NCBI GenBank assembly: GCA_964057225.1
Contig: OZ059897.1
Coordinates: 1,922,001-1,986,000, forward strand
Length of the DNA stretch: 64,000 bases
Direction: 5' to 3'
Origin: Auanema rhodensis
Taxonomy: Eukaryota > Animalia > Nematoda
Position numbers and translations under genes: made by a program. The stretch's first letter is position 1, and every line of letters begins with the position of its first letter. The notes under the pieces were generated by a model that saw only the letters and a program-made list of their open reading frames with translations, searched no databases and was not told the DNA's origin. This document shows, piece after piece, positions 1-12,719 of this stretch.

Positions 1-471
1 TCAAATCTGATAACACAGATCGACGCAGCTTAAAAATCCGCATCGAATGCACTATACTACATTGAGAAACGCTCTATACAAAAATTAGTTATGATCGTTT
101 GAAAAATAATGCATTAGTGTATGCTGAGTTCCCATGTACACTCAACATTGCTTCCAAAAACATTTTGACAAAAATTTTCCCGAAAAATTTCTAAATAATT
201 TCACAAAAAGTAGATGTTTTTAGATTCCTTTTTTCAAGACGAATACGATGGACAATGTTTTTCGACGAAAAATTCATTTCTTCAGGGTGAAAATCGAGGA
301 TATAAGTGTGAACCTATATCAGTTGATTACTCGGTGCATTTTTAAGCTAGCGCAAATCTGATAACACAGATCGACGCAGCTTAAAAATCCGCATCGAATG
401 CACTATACTACATTGAGAAACGCTCTATACAAAAATTAGTTATGATCGTTTGAAAAATAATGCATTAGTGT

Positions 472-499
472 ATGTTGAGTTCCCATGTACACTCAACAT
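472..499. repeat. 9-bp-stem inverted repeat in each monomer (example copy)
   Basis: ATGTTGAGT (472-480), 10-nt loop, ACTCAACAT (491-499). The common ATGCTGAGT allele has one mismatch. Confidence 0.88.
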
Positions 500-681
500 T
501 GCTTCCAAAAACATTTTGACAAAAATTTTCCCGAAAAATTTCTAAATAATTTCACAAAAAGTAGATGTTTTTAGATTCCTTTTTTCAAGACGAATACGAT
601 GGACAATGTTTTTTAACGAAAAAATCATTTCTTCAGGGTGAAAATCGAGGATATAAGTGTGAAAATATATCAGTTGATATC

Positions 682-748
682 TCGGTGCATTTTTAAGCTA
701 ACTCAAATCTGATAACACAGATCGACGCAGCTTAAAAATCCGCATCGA
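682..748. repeat. 67-bp imperfect inverted repeat present once per monomer (example copy)
   Basis: ATTTTTAAGCT (689-699) / AGCTTAAAAAT (729-739) form perfect 11-bp arms. Inner ATCTG (707-711) / CAGAT (718-722). Outer TCGGTGC (682-688) / GCATCGA (742-748) with one G-T pair after a 2-nt bulge. Confidence 0.9.
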
Positions 749-2457
749 ATGCACTATACTACATTGAGAAACGCTCTATACAAAAATTAGTTATGATCGT
801 TTGAAAAATAATGCATTAGTGTATGCTGAGTTCCCATGTACACTCAACATTGCTTCCAAAAACATTTTGACAAAAATTTTCCCGAAAAATTTCTAAATAA
901 TTTCACAAAAAGTAGATGTTTTTAGATTCCTTTTTTCAAGACGAATACGATGGACAATGTTTTTCAACAAAAAAATCATTTCTTCAGGGTGAAAATCGAG
1001 GATATAAGTGTGAACATATATCAGTTGATATCTCGGTGCATTTTTAAGCTAACTCAAATCTGATAACACAGATCGACGCAGCTTAAAAATCCGCATCGAA
1101 TGCACTATACTACATTGAGAAACGCTCTATACAAAAATTAGTTATGATCGTTTGAAAAATAATGCATTAGTGTATGCTGAGTTCCCATGTACACTCAACA
1201 TTGCTACCAAAAACATTTTGACAAAAATTTTCCCGAAAAATTTCTAAATAATTTCACAAAAAGTAGATGTTTTTAGATTCCTTTTTTCAAGACGAATACG
1301 ATGGACAATGTTTTTCAACAAAAAAATCATTTCTTCAGGGTGAAAATCGAGGATATAAGTGTGAACATATATCAGTTGATATCTCGGTGCATTTTTAAGT
1401 TAACTCAAATCTGATAACACAGATCAACGCAGCTTAAAAATCCGCCTCGAATGCACTATACTACATTGAGAAACGCTTTATACAAAAATTAGTTATGATC
1501 GTATGAAAAATAATGCATTAGTGTATGTTGAGTTCCCATGTACACTCAACATTGCTTCCAAAAACATTTTGACAAAAATTTTCCCGAAAAATTTCTGAAT
1601 AATTTCACAAAAAGTAGATGTTTTTAGATTCTTTTTTTCAAGACGAATACGATGGACAATGTTTTTCAACGAAAAAATCATTTCTTCAGGGTGAAAATCG
1701 AGGATATAAGTGTGAACATATATCAGTTGATATCTCGGTGCATTTTTAAGTTAACTCAAATCTGATAACACAGATCAACGCAGCTTAAAAATCCGCCTCG
1801 AATGCACTATACTACATTGAGAAACGCTTTATACAAAAATTAGTTATGATCGTATGAAAAATAATGCATTAGTGTATGTTGAGTTCCCATGTACACTCAA
1901 CATTGCTTCCAAAAACATTTTGACAAAAATTTTCCCGAAAAATTTCTGAATAATTTCACAAAAAGTAGATGTTTTTAGATTCTTTTTTTCAAGACGAATA
2001 CGATGGACAATGTTTTTCAACGAAAAAATCATTTCTTCAGGGTGAAAATCGAGGATATAAGTGTGAACATATATCAGTTGATATCTCGGTGCATTTTTAA
2101 GCTAACTCAAATCTGATAACACAGATCGACGCAGCTTAAAAATCCGCATCGAATGCACTATACTACATTGAGAAACGCTCTATACAAAAATTAGTTATGA
2201 TCGTTTGAAAAATAATGCATTAGTGTATGCTGAGTTCCCATGTACACTCAACATTGCTTCCAAAAACATTTTGACAAAAATTTTCCCGAAAAATTTCTAA
2301 ATAATTTCACAAAAAGTAGATGTTTTTAGATTCCTTTTTTCAAGACGAATACGATGGACAATGTTTTTCAACAAAAAAATCATTTCTTCAGGGTGAAAAT
2401 CGAGGATATAAGTGTGAACATATATCAGTTGATATCTCGGTGCATTTTTAAGCTAAC

Positions 2458-5400
2458 TCAAATCTGATAACACAGATCGACGCAGCTTAAAAATCCGCAT
2501 CGAATGCACTATACTACATTGAGAAACGCTCTATACAAAAATTAGTTATGATCGTTTGAAAAATAATGCATTAGTGTATGCTGAGTTCCCATGTACACTC
2601 AACATTGCTTCCAAAAACATTGTGACAAAAATTTTCCCGAAAAATTTCTAAATAATTTCACAAAAAGTAGATGTTTTTAGATTCCTTTTTTCAAGGCAAA
2701 GACGATGGACAATGTTATTCAACGAAAAAATTAATTCTTCAGGGTGAAAATCGAGGATATAAGTGTGAACCTATATCAGTTGATATCTCGGTGCATTTTC
2801 AAGCTAGCGCAAATCTGATAACACAGATCGACGCAGCTTAAAAATCCGCATCGAATGCACTATACTACATTGATAAACGCTTAATACAAAAATTAGTTAT
2901 GATCGTTTGAAAAATAATGCATTAGTGTATGTTGAGTTCCCATGTACACTCAACATTGCTTCCAAAAACATTTTGACAAAAATTTTCCCGAAAAATTTCT
3001 AAATAATTTCACAAAAAGTAGAAGTTTTTAGATTCCTTTTTTCAAGACGAATACGATGGACAATGTTTTTCAACGAAAAAATCATTTCTTCAGGGTGAAA
3101 ATCGAGGATATAAGTGTGAACATATATCAGTTGATATCTCGGTGCATTTTCAAGCTAACTCAAATCTGATAACACAGATCGACGCAGCTTACAAATCCGC
3201 ATCGAATGCACTATACTACATTGAGAAACGCTCTATACAAAAATTAGTTATGATCGTTTGAAAAATAATGCATTAGTGTATGCTGAGTTCCCATGTACAC
3301 TCAACATTGCTTCCAAAAACATTGTGACAAAAATTTTCCCGAAAAATTTCTAAATAATTTCACAAAAAGTAGGAGTTTTTAGATTTCTTTTTTCAAGGCA
3401 AAGACGATGGACAATGTTATTCAACGAAAAAATTAATTCTTCAGGGTGAAAATCGAGGATATAAGTGTGAACCTATATCAGTTGATTACTCGGTGCATTT
3501 TTAAGCTAGCGCAAATCTGATAACACAGATCGACGCAGCTTAAAAATCCGCATCGAATGCACTATACTACATTGAGAAACGCTCTATACAAAAATTAGTT
3601 ATGATCGTTTGAAAAATAATGCATTAGTGTATGCTGAGTTCCCATGTACACTCAACATTGCTTCCAAAAACATTGTGACAAAAATTTTCCCGAAAAATTT
3701 CTAAATAATTTCACAAAAAGTAGATGTTTTTAGATTCCTTTTTTCAAGGCAAAGACGATGGACAATGTTATTCAACGAAAAAATTAATTCTTCAGGGTGA
3801 AAATCGAGGATATAAGTGTGAACCTATATCAGTTGATATCTCGGTGCATTTTCAAGCTAGCGCAAATCTGATAACACAGATCGACGCAGCTTAAAAATCC
3901 GCATCGAATGCACTATACTACATTGATAAACGCTTAATACAAAAATTAGTTATGATCGTTTGAAAAATAATGCATTAGTGTATGTTGAGTTCCCATGTAC
4001 ACTCAACATTGCTTCCAAAAACATTTTGACAAAAATTTTCCCGAAAAATTTCTAAATAATTTCACAAAAAGTAGAAGTTTTTAGATTCCTTTTTTCAAGA
4101 CGAATACGATGGACAATGTTTTTCAACGAAAAAATCATTTCTTCAGGGTGAAAATCGAGGATATAAGTGTGAACATATATCAGTTGATATCTCGGTGCAT
4201 TTTCAAGCTAACTCAAATCTGATAACACAGATCGACGCAGCTTACAAATCCGCATCGAATGCACTATACTACATTGAGAAACGCTCTATACAAAAATTAG
4301 TTATGATCGTTTGAAAAATAATGCATTAGTGTATGCTGAGTTCCCATGTACACTCAACATTGCTTCCAAAAACATTGTGACAAAAATTTTCCCGAAAAAT
4401 TTCTAAATAATTTCACAAAAAGTAGGAGTTTTTAGATTTCTTTTTTCAAGGCAAAGACGATGGACAATGTTATTCAACGAAAAAATTAATTCTTCAGGGT
4501 GAAAATCGAGGATATAAGTGTGAACCTATATCAGTTGATTACTCGGTGCATTTTTAAGCTAGCGCAAATCTGATAACACAGATCGACGCAGCTTAAAAAT
4601 CCGCATCGAATGCACTATACTACATTGAGAAACGCTCTATACAAAAATTAGTTATGATCGTTTGAAAAATAATGCATTAGTGTATGCTGAGTTCCCATGT
4701 ACACTCAACATTGCTTCCAAAAACATTGTGACAAAAATTTTCCCGAAAAATTTCTAAATAATTTCACAAAAAGTAGATGTTTTTAGATTCCTTTTTTCAA
4801 GGCAAAGACGATGGACAATGTTATTCAACGAAAAAATTAATTCTTCAGGGTGAAAATCGAGGATATAAGTGTGAACCTATATCAGTTGATATCTCGGTGC
4901 ATTTTCAAGCTAGCGCAAATCTGATAACACAGATCGACGCAGCTTAAAAATCCGCATCGAATGCACTATACTACATTGATAAACGCTTAATACAAAAATT
5001 AGTTATGATCGTTTGAAAAATAATGCATTAGTGTATGTTGAGTTCCCATGTACACTCAACATTGCTTCCAAAAACATTTTGACAAAAATTTTCCCGAAAA
5101 ATTTCTAAATAATTTCACAAAAAGTAGAAGTTTTTAGATTCCTTTTTTCAAGACGAATACGATGGACAATGTTTTTCAACGAAAAAATCATTTCTTCAGG
5201 GTGAAAATCGAGGATATAAGTGTGAACATATATCAGTTGATATCTCGGTGCATTTTCAAGCTAACTCAAATCTGATAACACAGATCGACGCAGCTTACAA
5301 ATCCGCATCGAATGCACTATACTACATTGAGAAACGCTCTATACAAAAATTAGTTATGATCGTTTGAAAAATAATGCATTAGTGTATGCTGAGTTCCCAT

Positions 5401-5616
5401 GTACACTCAACATTGCTTCCAAAAACATTGTGACAAAAATTTTCCCGAAAAATTTCTAAATAATTTCACAAAAAGTAGGAGTTTTTAGATTTCTTTTTTC
5501 AAGGCAAAGACGATGGACAATGTTATTCAACGAAAAAATTAATTCTTCAGGGTGAAAATCGAGGATATAAGTGTGAACCTATATCAGTTGATTACTCGGT
5601 GCATTTTTAAGCTAGC
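2458..5616 (+). repeat. 3-monomer higher-order repeat (1053 bp) x3
   Basis: CTTAATAC occurs at about 2880, 3933 and 4986. The GTAGAAG, GCTTACAAA and GTAGGAG variants repeat with the same 1053-bp period. Confidence 0.9.
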
Positions 5617-7799
5617 GCAAATCTGATAACACAGATCGACGCAGCTTAAAAATCCGCATCGAATGCACTATACTACATTGAGAAACGCTCTATACAAAAA
5701 TTAGTTATGATCGTTTGAAAAATAATGCATTAGTGTATGTTGAGTTCCCATGTACACTCAACATTGCTTCCAAAAACATTTTGACAAAAAGTTTCCCGAA
5801 AAATTTCTAAATAATTTCACAAAAAGTAGATGTTTTTAGATTTCTTTTTTCAAGGCAAAGACGATGGACAATGTTATTCAACGAAAAAATTAATTCTTCA
5901 GGGTGAAAATCGAGGATATAAGTGTGAACCTATATCAGTTGATTACTCGGTGCATTTTTAAGCTAGCGCAAATCTGATAACACAGATCGACGCAGCTTAA
6001 AAATCCGCATCGAATGCACTATACTACATTGAGAAACGCTCTATACAAAAATTAGTTATGATCGTTTGAAAAATAATGCATTAGTGTATGTTGAGTTCCC
6101 ATGTACACTCAACATTGCTTCCAAAAACATTTTGACAAAAAGTTTCCCGAAAAATTTCTAAATAATTTCACAAAAAGTAGATGTTTTTAGATTCCTTTTT
6201 TCAAGACGAATACGATGGACAATGTTTTTTAACGAAAAAATCATTTCTTCAGGGTGAAAATCGAGGATATAAGTGTGAACATATATCAGTTGATATCTCG
6301 GTGCATTTTTAAGCTAACTCAAATCTGATAACACAGATCGACGCAGCTTAAAAATCCGCATCGAATGCACTATACTACATTGAGAAACGCTCTATACAAA
6401 AATTAGTTATGATCGTTTGAAAAATAATGCATTAGTGTATGCTGAGTTCCCATGTACACTCAACATTGCTTCCAAAAACATTTTGACAAAAATTTTCCCG
6501 AAAAATTTCTAAATAATTTCACAAAAAGTAGATGTTTTTAGATTCCTTTTTTCAAGACGAATACGATGGACAATGTTTTTCAACAAAAAAATCATTTCTT
6601 CAGGGTGAAAATCGAGGATATAAGTGTGAACATATATCAGTTGATATCTCGGTGCATTTTTAAGTTAACTCAAATCTGATAACACAGATCAACGCAGCTT
6701 AAAAATCCGCCTCGAATGCACTATACTACATTGAGAAACGCTTTATACAAAAATTAGTTATGATCGTATGAAAAATAATGCATTAGTGTATGTTGAGTTC
6801 CCATGTACACTCAACATTGCTTCCAAAAACATTTTGACAAAAATTTTCCCGAAAAATTTCTGAATAATTTCACAAAAAGTAGATGTTTTTAGATTCTTTT
6901 TTTCAAGACGAATACGATGGACAATGTTTTTCAACGAAAAAATCATTTCTTCAGGGTGAAAATCGAGGATATAAGTGTGAACATATATCAGTTGATATCT
7001 CGGTGCATTTTTAAGCTAACTCAAATCTGATAACACAGATCGACGCAGCTTAAAAATCCGCATCGAATGCACTATACTACATTGAGAAACGCTCTATACA
7101 AAAATTAGTTATGATCGTTTGAAAAATAATGCATTAGTGTATGCTGAGTTCCCATGTACACTCAACATTGCTTCCAAAAACATTGTGACAAAAATTTTCC
7201 CGAAAAATTTCTAAATAATTTCACAAAAAGTAGATGTTTTTAGATTCCTTTTTTCAAGGCAAAGACGATGGACAATGTTATTCAACAAAAAAATTAATTC
7301 TTCAGGGTGAAAATCGAGGATATAAGTGTGAACCTATATCAGTTGATATCTCGGTGCATTTTCAAGCTAGCGCAAATCTGATAACACAGATCGACGCAGC
7401 TTAAAAATCCGCATCGAATGCACTATACTACATTGATAAACGCTTAATACAAAAATTAGTTATGATCGTTTGAAAAATAATGCATTAGTGTATGTTGAGT
7501 TCCCATGTACACTCAACATTGCTTCCAAAAACATTTTGACAAAAATTTTCCCGAAAAATTTCTAAATAATTTCACAAAAAGTAGAAGTTTTTAGATTCCT
7601 TTTTTCAAGACGAATACGATGGACAATGTTTTTCAACGAAAAAATCATTTCTTCAGGGTGAAAATCGAGGATATAAGTGTGAACATATATCAGTTGATAT
7701 CTCGGTGCATTTTCAAGCTAACTCAAATCTGATAACACAGATCGACGCAGCTTACAAATCCGCATCGAATGCACTATACTACATTGAGAAACGCTCTAT

Positions 7800-10700
7800 A
7801 CAAAAATTAGTTATGATCGTTTGAAAAATAATGCATTAGTGTATGCTGAGTTCCCATGTACACTCAACATTGCTTCCAAAAACATTTTGACAAAAATTTT
7901 CCCGAAAAATTTCTAAATAATTTCACAAAAAGTAGATGTTTTTAGATTCCTTTTTTCAAGACGAATACGATGGACAATGTTTTTCAACAAAAAAATCATT
8001 TCTTCAGTGTGAAAATCGAGGATATAAGTGTGAACATATATCAGTTGATATCTCGGTGCATTTTTAAGCTAACTCAAATCTGATAACACAGATCTACGCA
8101 GCTTAAAAATCCGCATCGAATGCACTATACTACATTGAGAAACGCTCTATACAAAAATTAGTTATGATCGTTTGAAAAATAATGCATTAGTGTATGCTGA
8201 GTTCCCATGTACACTCAACATTGCTTCCAAAAACATTTTGACAAAAATTTTCCCGAAAAATTTCTAAATAATTTTACAAAAAGTAGATGTTTTTAGATTC
8301 CTTTTTTCAAGACGAATACGATGGACAATGTTTTTCAACAAAAAAATCATTTCTTCAGGGTGAAAATCGAGGATATAAGTGTGAACATATATCAGTTGAT
8401 ATCTCGGTGCATTTTTAAGCTAACTCAAATCTGATAACACAGATCGACGCAGCTTAAAAATTCGCATCGAATGCACTATACTACATTGAGAAACGCTCTA
8501 TACAAAAATTAGTTATGATCGTTTGAAAAATAATGCATTAGTGTATGTTGAGTTCCCATGTACACTCAACATTGCTTCCAAAAACATTTTGACAAAAATT
8601 TTCCCGAAAAATTTCTGAATAATTTCACAAAAAGTAGATGTTTTTAGATTCTTTTTTTCAAGACGAATACGATGGACAATGTTTTTCAACGAAAAAATCA
8701 TTTCTTCAGGGTGAAAATCGAGGATATAAGTGTGAACATATATCAGTTGATATCTCGGTGCATTTTTAAGCTAACTCAAATCTGATAACACAGATCGACG
8801 CAGCTTAAAAATCCGCATCGAATGCACTATACTACATTGAGAAACGCTCTATACAAAAATTAGTTATGATCGTTTGAAAAATAATGCATTAGTGTATGCT
8901 GAGTTCCCATGTACACTCAACATTGCTTCCAAAAACATTGTGACAAAAATTTTCCCGAAAAATTTCTAAATAATTTCACAAAAAGTAGATGTTTTTAGAT
9001 TCCTTTTTTCAAGACGAATACGATGGACAATGTTTTTCAACGAAAAAATCATTTCTTCAGGGTGAAAATCGAGGATATAAGTGTGAACATATATCAGTTG
9101 ATATCTCGGTGCATTTTTAAGCTAACTCAAATCTGATAACACAGATCGACGCAGCTTAAAAATCCGCATCGAATGCACTATACTACATTGAGAAACGCTT
9201 TATACAAAAATTAGTTATGATCGTATGAAAAATAATGCATTAGTGTATGTTGAGTTCCCATGTACACTCAACATTGCTTCCAAAAACATTTTGACAAAAA
9301 TTTTCCCGAAAAATTTCTGAATAATTTCACAAAAAGTAGATGTTTTTAGATTCTTTTTTTCAAGACGAATACGATGGACAATGTTTTTCAACGAAAAAAT
9401 CATTTCTTCAGGGTGAAAATCGAGGATATAAGTGTGAACATATATCAGTTGATATCTCGGTGCATTTTTAAGTTAACTCAAATCTGATAACACAGATCAA
9501 CGCAGCTTAAAAATCCGCCTCGAATGCACTATACTACATTGAGAAACGCTTTATACAAAAATTAGTTATGATCGTATGAAAAATAATGCATTAGTGTATG
9601 TTGAGTTCCCATGTACACTCAACATTGCTTCCAAAAACATTTTGACAAAAATTTTCCCGAAAAATTTCTGAATAATTTCACAAAAAGTAGATGTTTTTAG
9701 ATTCTTTTTTTCAAGACGAATACGATGGACAATGTTTTTCAACGAAAAAATCATTTCTTCAGGGTGAAAATCGAGGATATAAGTGTGAACATATATCAGT
9801 TGATATCTCGGTGCATTTTTAAGCTAACTCAAATCTGATAACACAGATCGACGCAGCTTAAAAATCCGCATCGAATGCACTATACTACATTGAGAAACGC
9901 TCTATACAAAAATTAGTTATGATCGTTTGAAAAATAATGCATTAGTGTATGCTGAGTTCCCATGTACACTCAACATTGCTTCCAAAAACATTTTGACAAA
10001 AATTTTCCCAAAAAATTTCTAAATAATTTCACAAAAAGTAGATGTTTTTAGATTCCTTTTTTCAAGACGAATACGATGGACAATGTTTTTCAACAAAAAA
10101 ATCATTTCTTCAGTGTGAAAATCGAGGATATAAGTGTGAACATATATCAGTTGATATCTCGGTGCATTTTTAAGCTAACTCAAATCTGATAACACAGATC
10201 GACGCAGCTTAAAAATCCGCATCAAATGCACTATACTACATTGAGAAACGCTCTATACAAAAATTAGTTATGATCGTTTGAAAAATAATGCATTAGTGTA
10301 TGCTGAGTTCCCATGTACACTCAACATTGCTTCCAAAAACATTTTGACAAAAATTTTCCCGAAAAATTTCTAAATAATTTCACAAAAAGTAGATGTTTTT
10401 AGATTCCTTTTTTCAAGACGAATACGATGGACAATGTTTTTCAACAAAAAAATCATTTCTTCAGGGTGAAAATCGAGGATATAAGTGTGAACATATATCA
10501 GTTGATATCTCGGTGCATTTTTAAGCTAACTCAAATCTGATAACACAGATCGACGCAGCTTAAAAATTCGCATCGAATGCACTATACTACATTGAGAAAC
10601 GCCCTATACAAAAATTAGTTATGATCGTTTGAAAAATAATGCATTAGTGTATGTTGAGTTCCCATGTACACTCAACATTGCTTCCAAAAACATTTTGACA

Positions 10701-11150
10701 AAAATTTTCCCGAAAAATTTCTGAATAATTTCACAAAAAGTAGATGTTTTTAGATTCTTTTTTTCAAGACGAATACGATGGACAATGTTTTTCAACGAAA
10801 AAATCATTTCTTCAGGGTGAAAATCGAGGATATAAGTGTGAACATATATCAGTTGATATCTCGGTGCATTTTTAAGCTAACTCAAATCTGATAACACAGA
10901 TCGACGCAGCTTAAAAATCCGCATCGAATGCACTATACTACATTGAGAAACGCTCTATACAAAAATTAGTTATGATCGTTTGAAAAATAATGCATTAGTG
11001 TATGCTGAGTTCCCATGTACACTCAACATTGCTTCCAAAAACATTGTGACAAAAATTTTCCCGAAAAATTTCTAAATAATTTCACAAAAAGTAGATGTTT
11101 TTAGATTCCTTTTTTCAAGACGAATACGATGGACAATGTTTTTCAACAAA
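7800..11150 (+). repeat. Older 6-monomer-offset (2106 bp) duplication
   Basis: CAGTGTG at about 8005 and 10111. AATTCGC plus CTGAAT monomers give ORFs at 8513 and 10619. Each copy also has private SNPs. Confidence 0.7.
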
Positions 11151-12719
11151 AAAATCATTTCTTCAGGGTGAAAATCGAGGATATAAGTGTGAACATATAT
11201 CAGTTGATATCTCGGTGCATTTTCAAGCTAACTCAAATCTGATAACACAGATCGACGCAGCTTACAAATCCGCATCGAATGCACTATACTACATTGAGAA
11301 ACGCTCTATACAAAAATTAGTTATGATCGTATGAAAAATAATGCATTAGTGTATGTTGAGTTCCCATGTACACTCAACATTGCTTCCAAAAACATTTTGA
11401 CAAAAATTTTCCCGAAAAATTTCTGAATAATTTCACAAAAAGTAGATGTTTTTAGATTCTTTTTTTCAAGACGAATACGATGGACAATGTTTTTCAACGA
11501 AAAAATCATTTCTTCAGGGTGAAAATCGAGGATATAAGTGTGAACATATATCAGTTGATATCTCGGTGCATTTTTAAGCTAACTCAAATCTGATAACACA
11601 GATCGACGCAGCTTAAAAATCCGCATCGAATGCACTATACTACATTGAGAAACGCTCTATACAAAAATTAGTTATGATCGTTTGAAAAATAATGCATTAG
11701 TGTATGCTGAGTTCCCATGTACACTCAACATTGCTTCCAAAAACATTGTGACAAAAATTTTCCCGAAAAATTTCTAAATAATTTCACAAAAAGTAGATGT
11801 TTTTAGATTCCTTTTTTCAAGGCAAAGACGATGGACAATGTTATTCAACGAAAAAATTAATTCTTCAGGGTGAAAATCGAGGATATAAGTGTGAACCTAT
11901 ATCAGTTGATATCTCGGTGCATTTTCAAGCTAGCGCAAATCTGATAACACAGATCGACGCAGCTTAAAAATCCGCATCGAATGCACTATACTACATTGAT
12001 AAACGCTTAATACAAAAATTAGTTATGATCGTTTGAAAAATAATGCATTAGTGTATGTTGAGTTCCCATGTACACTCAACATTGCTTCCAAAAACATTTT
12101 GACAAAAATTTTCCCGAAAAATTTCTAAATAATTTCACAAAAAGTAGAAGTTTTTAGATTCCTTTTTTCAAGACGAATACGATGGACAATGTTTTTCAAC
12201 GAAAAAATCATTTCTTCAGGGTGAAAATCGAGGATATAAGTGTGAACATATATCAGTTGATATCTCGGTGCATTTTCAAGCTAACTCAAATCTGATAACA
12301 CAGATCGACGCAGCTTACAAATCCGCATCGAATGCACTATACTACATTGAGAAACGCTCTATACAAAAATTAGTTATGATCGTTTGAAAAATAATGCATT
12401 AGTGTATGCTGAGTTCCCATGTACACTCAACATTGCTTCCAAAAACATTTTGACAAAAATTTTCCCGAAAAATTTCTAAATAATTTCACAAAAAGTAGAT
12501 GTTTTTAGATTCCTTTTTTCAAGACGAATACGATGGACAATGTTTTTCAACAAAAAAATCATTTCTTCAGTGTGAAAATCGAGGATATAAGTGTGAACAT
12601 ATATCAGTTGATATCTCGGTGCATTTTTAAGCTAACTCAAATCTGATAACACAGATCGACGCAGCTTAAAAATCCGCATCGAATGCACTATACTACATTG
12701 AGAAACGCTCTATACAAAA

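Noticed and set aside
36-47. CENP-B-box-like motif (TCCGCATCGAA; also TTTCCCGAAA)
   Set aside because: The spacing does not fit the TTCG-N4-A-N2-CGGG core on either strand.
60-310. Monomer as an ancient dimer (positions about 80-120 resemble about 268-309: AAAAAT...TGAAAA...AGTGT)
   Set aside because: The similarity is short, AT-rich and gapped, and I cannot distinguish it from chance by eye. It would need a self-alignment against shuffles.
1-351. Assignment to a named satellite (Drosophila 1.688 family, tenebrionid 340-360 bp satellites) or to a 5S/tRNA/SL RNA tandem unit
   Set aside because: Only size and AT content are similar. I recognise no diagnostic sequence, Pol III boxes or RNA gene; a BLASTN/Rfam search is needed.
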